From: Armatimonadota bacterium
GTDB taxonomy: Bacteria > Bacillota > Desulfotomaculia > Desulfotomaculales > Nap2-2B
Assembly: GCA_023511535.1 (NCBI GenBank)
Contig: JAIMBK010000003.1
Span: forward strand, 25,471-89,470
Length of the DNA: 64,000 nt
Direction: 5' to 3'
Under the pieces are notes generated by a model. That model did no database searches. It was not told the origin of the DNA and saw only the letters and a program-made list of their open reading frames with translations. This document shows, in pieces, positions 54,803-62,788 of this stretch. How positions within the stretch are numbered: the stretch's first letter is position 1; every line of letters starts with the position of its first letter. Position numbers and translations under genes: made by a program.

Positions 54803-54869
54803 AAGGCTATAAATCGATTTTTTTGTTTTTTTATGTTATAATGTCCCCAGCTAAAGGAAAGGAAAATTT

Positions 54870-55424
54870 ATGGTCAGAATTATTGCCGGCGCCTGCAAGG
54901 GGCGCCGCCTGAAAACCCCGCCCGACTGGCCGGGCCGCCCCACTGCCGACCGGGTAAAGGAGGCTCTGTTTAATATCCTGGCTCCCGTGCTCGCCGGGAG
55001 CAAATTTTTAGATCTTTTCGCCGGGAGCGGCAACGTGGGCATCGAGGCCTTAAGCCGCGGGGCGGAAGCGGCTTTTTTCGTGGAAAAAGACCGCCGGGCG
55101 GTAAAAACCATTTTTGAGAATCTCGCTGCCCTATCTTTAAGCGCCGGCGCGCGGGTACTGCCGGAAGATGTATTTACGGCCATCAAACGGCTGGCCAAAA
55201 AAGGAGAGCGTTTTCACCTTATTTTTCTCGATCCGCCCTACGAGCGGCATCTGGAGCAGCCTGTTTTAGAACAAATCGCCTGGTCCAATTTATTAGAACC
55301 GGGCGGGATAATTATCGTTGAAAGCAGTAAAAGAGAGGTGTTGCCCTCCAGAATTCACAATCTCGTCCTGGAGCGCCAGGAAAAATACGGCGATACCATG
55401 CTAACATTCTTCAGGGAGGGCTAG
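54870..55424 (+). CDS. rsmD: 16S rRNA (guanine966-N2)-methyltransferase
   Basis: RIIAGACKGRRLKTP...RPTADRVKEALFNIL...DPPY. Conserved rsmD-coaD pair. Confidence 0.9.
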   Translation: MVRIIAGACKGRRLKTPPDWPGRPTADRVKEALFNILAPVLAGSKFLDLFAGSGNVGIEALSRGAEAAFFVEKDRRAVKTIFENLAALSLSAGARVLPEDVFTAIKRLAKKGERFHLIFLDPPYERHLEQPVLEQIAWSNLLEPGGIIIVESSKREVLPSRIHNLVLERQEKYGDTMLTFFREG

Positions 55425-55428
55425 AATC

Positions 55429-55932
55429 TTGGCAAAAGCAGTATATCCAGGAAGTTTTGACCCGTTGACCTACGGGCACCTGGATGTGATCGAGCGGGCG
55501 GCTTCCCTATTTGAGGAGGTAATTGTCGCCGTGTCCCGCAATGCCAGCAAAAAGCCTTTATTTTCGGTCGCCGAGCGGATAGACATGCTGAAAACGGTGC
55601 TTGCCCCCTTTTCGAATGTAAAAGTAGATTCATTTGACGGGTTGACTGTCAACTATGCCAAACAAAACGGGGCCAACGCCATTATTCGCGGCCTGCGGGC
55701 GATTTCGGATTTCGAAAATGAATTTATGATGGCGCTGACCAATAAAAAACTGGCGCCCACCATCGACACCGTGTTTTTGATGACCAGGGCTGAATATTCC
55801 TTTATCAGTTCCAGCGGCGTCAAGGAAGTGGCCTCTTTCGGCGGATGCGTGAGAGAACTGGTGCCGCCGGAGGTGGAACAGAGGTTGATTAAAAAATTCG
55901 CGGGCCGCAAAGAAACGGGAGGATGTGAATGA
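55429..55932 (+). CDS. coaD: Pantetheine-phosphate adenylyltransferase
   Basis: AVYPGSFDPLTYGHLDVIERA (T/HxGH motif). TTG start. Confidence 0.95.
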   Translation: MAKAVYPGSFDPLTYGHLDVIERAASLFEEVIVAVSRNASKKPLFSVAERIDMLKTVLAPFSNVKVDSFDGLTVNYAKQNGANAIIRGLRAISDFENEFMMALTNKKLAPTIDTVFLMTRAEYSFISSSGVKEVASFGGCVRELVPPEVEQRLIKKFAGRKETGGCE

Positions 55933-55935
55933 AAA

Positions 55936-56397
55936 GTGGAATTATTTAATGTTTTGAACGAATTGGAGGATTTGGTGGAAAACAGCCCAAAAATTCCTCT
56001 GACCAGGCGCGTCTTGATCGACGAGGAAAAACTGCTGGACTACCTGGACCGGATGCGGGCCGCTTTACCCGAGGAAGTCCGTCAGGCCAAATGGGTGCTG
56101 CAGGAGCGGGAAAAGGTTTTGGCGGACTCGAAAAAAGAAGCCCTGCGGATTATGGAGGAAGCGCAAAAGCAGCTGGACCGGCGCGCCGAGGAAAGCGAAA
56201 TCGCCCGTCAGGCAAAGGCAATCGCCGAAGAGGTCGTACAGAAAGCAGAGGTTGTGGCCAGGGAAATCAAGCAGGGCGCAAGGGATTACGCCGACGACAT
56301 TTTAAGCGGCCTGGAAAAAGAATTAAACAAGTTAATTACTCAGGTAAGAAACGGACGGGCGGAGTTAAAAGGCTATAAACCGGCTGAGGAAAAATGA
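55936..56397 (+). CDS. Hypothetical coiled-coil protein
   Basis: 153 aa, highly charged heptad-like sequence. GTG start 3 nt after the coaD stop. Confidence 0.6.
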   Translation: MELFNVLNELEDLVENSPKIPLTRRVLIDEEKLLDYLDRMRAALPEEVRQAKWVLQEREKVLADSKKEALRIMEEAQKQLDRRAEESEIARQAKAIAEEVVQKAEVVAREIKQGARDYADDILSGLEKELNKLITQVRNGRAELKGYKPAEEK

Positions 56398-56404
56398 AAT
56401 TTTT

Positions 56405-56797
56405 TTGGGCTGGCTACAGGTTTTGCAAAGATATCACCCCGGCGGTCTGGAGGTAATTCTGGGGGCAAAGCGGGACGCCGAATTCGGCCCGGTGATCATT
56501 TTCGGCCTGGGCGGCATTTACACCGAAGTACTCAAAGACGTTTCTTTCCGGCTCGCCCCTTTGACTGAAAAAGAAGCCTGGGAAATGCTGGCCGAAATTA
56601 AATCTTTTCCGCTCCTGTCCGGAGCGCGCGGAGTTCCCCCGGCAGACAAGGCCGCCCTGGTGGACAGTCTGCTGCGCCTGGGGCGGCTGGTTACCGATTT
56701 CCCCCAGATTGCCGAGCTGGATATCAATCCCCTGGCGGTCTGGCCCAAGGGCGTGCTGGCCCTGGACGCCCGGACCGCCGTTAGGGACCCGGTTTAA
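56405..56797 (+). pseudogene. C-terminal remnant of an ADP-forming acyl-CoA synthetase (ATP-grasp/ligase-CoA domain)
   Basis: EVILGAKRDAEFGPVIIFGLGGIYTEVLKDVSFRLAPL...ELDINPL matches only the last roughly 120 aa of roughly 700-aa acetate--CoA ligase (ADP-forming) proteins. No upstream domains are present. Confidence 0.5.
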
Positions 56798-56896
56798 GCT
56801 GCGTTTGCCGTGCAGGTCCGGCGGAGGCGTTGACACCGCCGAAAAAATTGGTTATGATAATAAATATGTGACGAAGACTTGCGGGGGAATTTAGAT

Positions 56897-57814
56897 ATGG
56901 ATCTGGATGCAACCGTTCGCCGGCGCCTCCCGGGGCCCCAGCTGCTGTTCCAGGCGGCAAAAAATTACATCGAGGTGACCAAGCCGCGGTCGGTTTTCCT
57001 GCTGGTTTTTACCGCGCTGGTAACCATGTTTTTGGCCGCTCCGGGAGCAGCCCAGGCCCCATCCGCGGTCTTCTGGGTCAAGGCCATTCTGGCCATTACC
57101 CTGGCCTGCTCGGGCGTGAACGCCGTCAGCTGCTACGTGGACCGGGATTTAGACGCCGGCATGGAGCGGACCTGCCGGCGCCCCATCCCCTCCGGGCGGA
57201 TTTACCCGGCCAGCAAGGCGCTGTACTGGGGCCTGGCGCAATTTGCGGCGGCCCTGGCCATTGCCTGGGCGATTAATTGGCCCGCCTTCGCCTGCATATT
57301 GCTGGGTATGTTCGGTTACGTGGGGGTGTATAGCCTGTGGCTGAAGCGAAAAACCCCCTGGAACATCATCCTGGGGGGTTTCAGCGGCGGTTTGCCCGCC
57401 CTTTTCGGGTGGGCGGCCGTGACCGGCCAGGTGACCATTACGTCTTTGTTAATCAGTATTTTAGTTGTTTTGTGGATTCCCAACCACATCTGGAACCTGG
57501 CCATATACTTTAAGGACGACTATCGGCGGGTCAACGTGCCCATGCTCCCGGTGGTTTGCCGGATCCGGACCACCCTTTTATTCATCCTGCTCACCGTTGT
57601 GCTAATGGTGGCCGTTTCCCTGGCCGTTTACCGCTACGGGAATTTTGGCCCGGTTTACCTCTGGACGGCTCTCGTCAGCGGCGCCGTTATTTTTGCCGGC
57701 AACGTCTATCTTTATTTTAACAGTGAAAACAAAAAGGCGTGGTTTCTGTACAAATTGTCCAGCCCGTACCTGTTTCTCTTGTTTGCGGGCATGCTCCTCG
57801 ACCGGGTGCTGTAA
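56897..57814 (+). CDS. ctaB: UbiA-family prenyltransferase, protoheme IX farnesyltransferase-like
   Basis: Polytopic protein with VNAVSCYVDRDLDAGMERTCRRPIPSGRI (NxxxDxxxD...RT..RP motif of CyoE/CtaB). Confidence 0.75.
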   Translation: MDLDATVRRRLPGPQLLFQAAKNYIEVTKPRSVFLLVFTALVTMFLAAPGAAQAPSAVFWVKAILAITLACSGVNAVSCYVDRDLDAGMERTCRRPIPSGRIYPASKALYWGLAQFAAALAIAWAINWPAFACILLGMFGYVGVYSLWLKRKTPWNIILGGFSGGLPALFGWAAVTGQVTITSLLISILVVLWIPNHIWNLAIYFKDDYRRVNVPMLPVVCRIRTTLLFILLTVVLMVAVSLAVYRYGNFGPVYLWTALVSGAVIFAGNVYLYFNSENKKAWFLYKLSSPYLFLLFAGMLLDRVL

Positions 57815-57897
57815 TAATCATATTAGACATCCATGCTGCAAACGCAGCATCAGCAGAGGATGAAAATTAGCGAAGGTTATTTTCAGGTCAAAAGCAA

Positions 57898-57967
57898 CCA
57901 GGCACAGAGGCATAAAGAAAAAAGGTGACCTGAATATTTTGCCTTTGTGTCCGGGAACTTTGTGCCT
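57898..57967. repeat. GGCACAAAG / CTTTGTGCC inverted-repeat element (copy K5)
   Basis: ccaGGCACAGAGGCATAAAG, a spacer, then GCCTTTGTGTCC, gggaaCTTTGTGCCtg. Confidence 0.8.
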
Positions 57968-58013
57968 GATATTTAAGGGTAGGAAAGAGAGCTAATCTCT
58001 GATTAAAAACTTT

Positions 58014-58039
58014 AATTCCCAAATCTAGTTTTGGGAATT
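58014..58039. promoter_or_regulatory. Perfect 10-bp inverted repeat upstream of crp-1
   Basis: AATTCCCAAA tctagt TTTGGGAATT, about 50 nt upstream of GTG 58091. Confidence 0.4.
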
Positions 58040-58090
58040 TTCTTACAAGCTCTCCTTCCCATTCAGGTTGCAAAAGAGGGGGAAAACCTG

Positions 58091-58759
58091 GTGGTTAACG
58101 AAGTTTTTGAGCGAGTTGTTCTGGACGATCTGGAGAAAATGCTGATCAGGCAGGCCGGGCTGACCGTCCACTACCCGAAGGGTCACACCGTTTTTGCCGC
58201 CGGGGATTATGCCGACCGGGTGTTTCTGATTGAAAGCGGCTGGGTAAAAATTTACCGCCTGTCGGCCGACGGGCGGCGGGTTACCGTGGGCAGCATCCGC
58301 AGCCCCGGAGAGTTGATGGGCCTTGCAGAAACCCTCTGGGGGGGCGAGCGCACCTGCTTCGCCGGGGCGATCAGCAACGTTTCCCTGGTGGTCTTGCGAA
58401 AAAACAAATTCGAAGAGCTGATGGCCACCCATCCGTTCCTGGCCATCAAAATTGCCAAGCTGCTGGGGGCGCGGATGCGGGAAGCCGAGGCGATTATCCA
58501 CGAAATGGTCTCCTGGCAGGCACCGGGGCGGCTGGCCCTGACCCTGCTGAAAATCGGCGAGCGCTGTGGCGTGGAAACCAAAAGCGGGATCAAGATCGGC
58601 CTCCCGCTGACTCACGAAGAACTGGCCAGCATGGTCGGGACTTCCCGGCAAACTGTGACCTCTTTGCTAAGCACTTTCAAACAGGAAAAAAGCATCGCTT
58701 ACGAGGGACGGGAGATTAAAATCGTTAATCCGGACAAACTGGCCAAATGGATTGTTTAA
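58091..58759 (+). CDS. Crp/Fnr-family transcriptional regulator (copy 1)
   Basis: cNMP-binding-like barrel plus C-terminal HTH (THEELASMVGTSRQTVTSLLSTF). GTG 58091 follows GAGGGGG. Start chosen by alignment with copy 2. Confidence 0.85.
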   Translation: MVNEVFERVVLDDLEKMLIRQAGLTVHYPKGHTVFAAGDYADRVFLIESGWVKIYRLSADGRRVTVGSIRSPGELMGLAETLWGGERTCFAGAISNVSLVVLRKNKFEELMATHPFLAIKIAKLLGARMREAEAIIHEMVSWQAPGRLALTLLKIGERCGVETKSGIKIGLPLTHEELASMVGTSRQTVTSLLSTFKQEKSIAYEGREIKIVNPDKLAKWIV

Positions 58760-58765
58760 TTAGAG

Positions 58766-58786
58766 AAGCCGGGTTTATCCCGGCTT
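58766..58786 (+). terminator. Hairpin after crp-1
   Basis: AAGCCGGG tttat CCCGGCTT. Weak T-tail. Confidence 0.5.
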
Positions 58787-58787
58787 G

Positions 58788-58900
58788 ATTCCCTCCCCAG
58801 TTCCCCACCCCTGATTTCCAATTGTCAACCCCCAATTCCCACCCCTAATCCTAATCCCTAAGTTTAACTTCAACTCCAATCCCTAATTCACAATTCCCAA
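58788..58900 (+). repeat. Longest, degenerate heptamer-tract region (copy H11)
   Basis: About 110 nt of CCCTCCCC / CCCCAATTCCC / CCCCTAATCC TAATCCC TAA ... CAATCCC TAATTCA CAATTCCC units between crp-1 and the TauE-like gene. Confidence 0.75.
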
Positions 58901-58967
58901 ATTATCAACTTACGTTCAAAATATGTCATCTACTTGCTAATAACCTGTCGTCAGGATGACCTTTATT

Positions 58968-58991
58968 ATGTCTGCCGGCTGACATTATAAT
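58968..58991 (+). promoter_or_regulatory. Palindrome abutting a TATAAT box upstream of the TauE-like gene
   Basis: ATGTCTGCCGGCTGACAT (16/18 symmetric; half-sites ATGTC/GACAT), immediately followed by TATAAT (58986-58991). Confidence 0.4.
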
Positions 58992-59163
58992 TGTCGTGTA
59001 TCTGTTATTTTACTTTGTAAAGGTAATTTTAAGGACAGATTAAAAAAAGCAGGTTAAGGAGGTGTGAGTTATCGATAGGTTGATGATTTGTCCGGGAAAG
59101 GGAGGATGAGTTGGAATTATTTTTTTGGTTTACCGGATAACTCGTTAAATGGGGGAGGACGTC

Positions 59164-60378
59164 ATGAAAAAAGGAGCACTGATCAATAAAATTGCCATCA
59201 TTATGCTGATTTTCCTGTTAAGCTGCCTGGTTTTAGGAGCAAGCGGCGTGGGTGCCCAAACACCCCAGGCAGGCCAACCGGCGGCAGATCAGGCCAAGGT
59301 GGTGGGCAGCGACCTGGGCCTGCAGGGAAAGCTGGGCGAAGCCATTGCCAAAGCCCCGGCCGGAACGGGGAAAGGGCAGATTAACCCGGACGCGCCCAGG
59401 GGAGCGTTCGGCATCCCCGGCGCACCGAAAATCAACTACCTTGTCGCCATCCTGTGGGCTGTTTGGGTCGGCTGGATCTTCTCCACGGTGGGCGCCTTTG
59501 GCGGGATTATGGCGGGCGTCGGGCACATGACCATTTTTGGGCTGGGCGATTACGCGAAGAGCTTTAAAAATACCGCACCCACTGTAAATAAACTGCTCAC
59601 CGACTCCATTCGCGCCTCGAACCAGTGGCTGGTCGGGTTGTCGTCCCTGTTAAGCACCATTAATTATCTGAAAGCGAAGCGTCTGGCCTGGCCTTTGGGG
59701 CTTGCGCTCGGTCTGGGTTCCATCGCGGGGGCCGTGGCCATTCCGGCACTTACGGGCGGAAAGATCAGTTTCAGCCAGTATCAGGGATGGTTCGGCCTCT
59801 GTGTTTTTGTTATCGGCGGCTTTTTGTTGTACGAAACCACCCCCCGCGGGCAGGCGGGAAAAAAGGCGGCCAAACAAGCGGCCCAGGCTTTTGAAAAAAG
59901 CGTGAAAGAGAAGAAGAACGAAGCGGAGCAGGGGATCGCCGTAAATAGCTGGGGTTTGACAAAAATCGATTTTTCCTTCTTCGGCGCGGAATTCAGCTTT
60001 AACCCGGTGTGGGCCTTCATCGGCGGCGTATTTATTGCTTCGCTTTCGGCTTTTCTGGGGATCGGCGGCGGCTTCCTGTACGTTCCGTACATGACCAGCA
60101 TCGTCGGCCTGCCTATGTTTGTAGTGGCGGGCACCTCGGCCATGGCTGTCTTTGTAAGTATGCTGACCAGTATCACCACCTACATTACGGTGGCCGGCGC
60201 CGCTATGGACTGGGCCCTAATCGGCGTAGGCGTCTTTATCGGTTCGATGATCGGCCCACGGACGCAAAAATATATTCCGGACGTTTGGCTCAAGCGTTTG
60301 TTTGTCGTCCTGGCGCTGTACGTCGGGCTGGGCTACTTCAGCAAAGGGTTCTTCGGACAATCCTGGGTGCCCATGTAA
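59164..60378 (+). CDS. TauE/SafE (TSUP) family permease with signal peptide and low-complexity N-terminal extension
   Basis: ATG 59164 follows GGGGGAGG. Signal-like MKKGALINKIAIIMLIFLLSCLVLGASG, an A/G/Q/P-rich roughly 70-aa segment, then a 4+4 TM TSUP core with a charged central loop. Confidence 0.75.
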   Translation: MKKGALINKIAIIMLIFLLSCLVLGASGVGAQTPQAGQPAADQAKVVGSDLGLQGKLGEAIAKAPAGTGKGQINPDAPRGAFGIPGAPKINYLVAILWAVWVGWIFSTVGAFGGIMAGVGHMTIFGLGDYAKSFKNTAPTVNKLLTDSIRASNQWLVGLSSLLSTINYLKAKRLAWPLGLALGLGSIAGAVAIPALTGGKISFSQYQGWFGLCVFVIGGFLLYETTPRGQAGKKAAKQAAQAFEKSVKEKKNEAEQGIAVNSWGLTKIDFSFFGAEFSFNPVWAFIGGVFIASLSAFLGIGGGFLYVPYMTSIVGLPMFVVAGTSAMAVFVSMLTSITTYITVAGAAMDWALIGVGVFIGSMIGPRTQKYIPDVWLKRLFVVLALYVGLGYFSKGFFGQSWVPM

Positions 60379-60471
60379 GCCTTGCGAAGCGGGGATCAAT
60401 TGCTCAGGCTCCAGATCCGCCAGCGGGCCTGAGCAATTTCCGCCCGAAAAGGCACGAGGGAAGGGGGTCAA

Positions 60472-60496
60472 CCCCCCTCCCAATTCCTGATTCCTG
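60472..60496 (+). repeat. Heptamer tract copy H12
   Basis: CCCCCCTCC CAATTCC TGATTCC TG, about 50 nt upstream of ATG 60546. Confidence 0.7.
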
Positions 60497-60545
60497 TTTT
60501 GCCCGGGGTTGCGCCTGGAAACGTTCGTTCCGAGGTGATTTTTTT

Positions 60546-61076
60546 ATGGATTTTTGGGCAGTTCTCGACTTGATTTTGATTTCTTTTTACCGGCTTACCG
60601 GCAACCCGGTCCTGGACTTTTTTCTGGGTACCTTCGGGGTAGCTTTCCTGGTCGTGTTGATTGGGGAATTCACCATATCTTTAGTTTTCAAAGCAAATAA
60701 ACGTCATCTGGAGAGCTTGAACGTCCGCCTGTCCGATTTGCACCGCCTTTCTATGGCGGCCCTGCGGCTGGGCGACAAAAAAAGCTACCGGGCATGCAAT
60801 AAGGAGGCCAATGACACCTTCGGGCAGGTTTTTTTCAATATGTTCGGCCTGTCGGCGGCCTCTCTCTGGCCCGCTTTTTTCGCCCTGAGCTGGATGCAGC
60901 AGCGCTTTGCCGGGATTGGTTTCCCCCTTCCCTTTACCGGCTATACAGTGAACTATGTTGTTCCCTTTTTGATCTGCTATATCTTAAGCAGGATGTTGTT
61001 TGGCCGGGTAAAGCATAAACTTCCGTATTTCAAAGGCGTTTCGGAAATGCTGGCGGCCTGCGAAAAAAATCAATAA
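60546..61076 (+). CDS. Hypothetical integral membrane protein (176 aa)
   Basis: ATG 60546 follows GAGGTGA. Four predicted hydrophobic segments. The ORF-track 60009 start is an out-of-context extension overlapping the TauE-like gene. Confidence 0.6.
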   Translation: MDFWAVLDLILISFYRLTGNPVLDFFLGTFGVAFLVVLIGEFTISLVFKANKRHLESLNVRLSDLHRLSMAALRLGDKKSYRACNKEANDTFGQVFFNMFGLSAASLWPAFFALSWMQQRFAGIGFPLPFTGYTVNYVVPFLICYILSRMLFGRVKHKLPYFKGVSEMLAACEKNQ

Positions 61077-61094
61077 AAGAAAGGAGACAGGGAG

Positions 61095-61979
61095 ATGGAA
61101 GTTTTAAAATTGCCGGAGCGGGAAAATGTGGCCAAAGAGGGGGTGAATAGCGAACTTCTCCTGGACGACAGGATGTTTGCCGAAGCAATGCTCATGAAGG
61201 AACAGTTGGGCAATGCTGATTTGACCTTTGCGCTCCGCAACTTGCTTAAGCTGGAGTATTACCCGGTGGCCGTAAAGTTTTTCTATTTGGAAAATGAAAT
61301 CGAACAGTTTAAAAATGCCAACGGGTACCGGATCGCTGCCCGTCCCTATACATTTTGTCATTTTTCTGCAGCTTCCCGGCAGCGGGGGGACGTCCTTTTC
61401 GGTGAGAAAGAAACAATGGGTTGTACCAATGCGAAGTACAATTTTGGCTGGAAGGAACTTGACGAGGACGAAATTAAAAGCCACGTAAAATACACCCGGG
61501 ACAGGGAACAGGCGGAAAGATTTGTGAAAACGAAGCCGCGGCTGCCGGAAGGCCTGCTGGCTTTTGCCACCGCCCCGCTCCACAAGGCAACCTTTGAACC
61601 AGACATAATTCACATTATTTGCAACGTTTTACAGGCCTACCATATTGCCAACGACTACGCTTCGGCCATGGACGAGCACCCCGTGGAAACCGCCATGTTG
61701 ATGAATTCCGCTGTCTGCGGGGGTGCAACCTGGAGTTACGTAAACCAGAAATTAAACCTCGTTCCGATGTGCAGCAGCAGTTATACAGCTGGCAAAACCG
61801 AGCAAGGGGAAATCAATGTTTACATTCCCTGGAAAAAGTTCCGGCCGACAGTGAGAAGGCTGCTGGAGAGAACTCTCCAGTACGGGGGGGCTTCCTTCCC
61901 CAGAACCGGCGAAACCTTTCCCGGCTTTAACGTCTGTAAGCTTTGTAATTTCCTTGCGTTTGTTAAACCGAAAAATTAA
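61095..61979 (+). CDS. DUF169-family protein
   Basis: 294 aa. YPVAVKFF... and conserved Cys/Gly pattern (MGCTNAKY, AVCGGATW, PMCSSSY) as recalled for DUF169/COG2043. Confidence 0.65.
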   Translation: MEVLKLPERENVAKEGVNSELLLDDRMFAEAMLMKEQLGNADLTFALRNLLKLEYYPVAVKFFYLENEIEQFKNANGYRIAARPYTFCHFSAASRQRGDVLFGEKETMGCTNAKYNFGWKELDEDEIKSHVKYTRDREQAERFVKTKPRLPEGLLAFATAPLHKATFEPDIIHIICNVLQAYHIANDYASAMDEHPVETAMLMNSAVCGGATWSYVNQKLNLVPMCSSSYTAGKTEQGEINVYIPWKKFRPTVRRLLERTLQYGGASFPRTGETFPGFNVCKLCNFLAFVKPKN

Positions 61980-62119
61980 ATTCTGTCTTTACCGGGTTTT
62001 GTTTTTTCATGGGCGGTGCTTATAACGAGGCTGTTGTTGAAGAGCGAGGTTTTCAAACCTCGCTCTAATAATCCTCAAAATAATAGCCAGTGCGGTAGAC
62101 ATGTGGAGGGAAGCGGACG

Positions 62120-62788
62120 ATGGAAGCGAAGTATTTCGAAAGGGTAGTTTTAAGCGACGTGGAAAAAATACTAATCCGTCAGGCGGGAATAACGTTGCAA
62201 TATAAAAAGAAACAGATCATTTTTGCTCCCGAAGATCTTGCCGACAAAGTTTATCTCATTGACAGCGGGTGGGTTAAAATTTTTCGTCTAACTGCCGACG
62301 GGCGCGGCGTGACGGTGGGCAGCATCCGCAACCCGGGAGAACTAATGGGGCTGGCCGAAACCTTAAGCGGCGAAAGAAGAACGTGTTTTGCCGGCGCCCT
62401 TACCGACGTTTCGCTGGTTGCCCTGGGAAAAAACAAGTTTGAGGAACTGCTGGCCAAACACTCTTTTTTAGCCGTCAAGGTGGCCCAACTCCTGGGTGCG
62501 CGCATGCGAGAAGCCGAATCGATTATTCACGAAATGGTCAGCTGGCAGGCGCCAGGCCGGCTTGCTTCTACTCTTTTAAAATTGGGGGAAAAATGCGGCG
62601 AAGAAGGTAAAAATGGCATAAAAATCAGACTTCCTCTTACGCATGAAGAGCTGGCGGGCATGGTGGGGGTATCCCGGCAAACAATTACCTCACTATTGAA
62701 TACATTTAGAAATGAAAAAAGTATTGATTATGAACGTAAAATAATCAAAATTATTAACATCGAGCAGTTATCCCGATGGATTGTTTAA
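62120..62788 (+). CDS. Crp/Fnr-family transcriptional regulator (copy 2, paralog of 58091..58759)
   Basis: Collinear with copy 1 over its full length, roughly two-thirds identical by eye. Near-identical HTH (THEELAGMVGVSRQTITSLLNTF). AT-richer. Confidence 0.85.
   Translation: MEAKYFERVVLSDVEKILIRQAGITLQYKKKQIIFAPEDLADKVYLIDSGWVKIFRLTADGRGVTVGSIRNPGELMGLAETLSGERRTCFAGALTDVSLVALGKNKFEELLAKHSFLAVKVAQLLGARMREAESIIHEMVSWQAPGRLASTLLKLGEKCGEEGKNGIKIRLPLTHEELAGMVGVSRQTITSLLNTFRNEKSIDYERKIIKIINIEQLSRWIV

Larger units (their letters stand above)
52705..54822. other. AT-rich R-M islet bounded by the 12-bp direct repeat AAATCGATTTTT
   Basis: Identical 12-mers at 52705-52716 and 54811-54822 bracket the methyltransferase and nuclease genes. 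Composition is visibly AT-richer than gpr and rsmD. Confidence 0.5.

Noticed and set aside
60009-60545. N-terminal 179 codons of ORF 60009..61076
   Set aside because: This part overlaps the 3' half of the TauE-like gene in another frame and translates to an R/G-rich sequence. The real gene starts at ATG 60546, after GAGGTGA.
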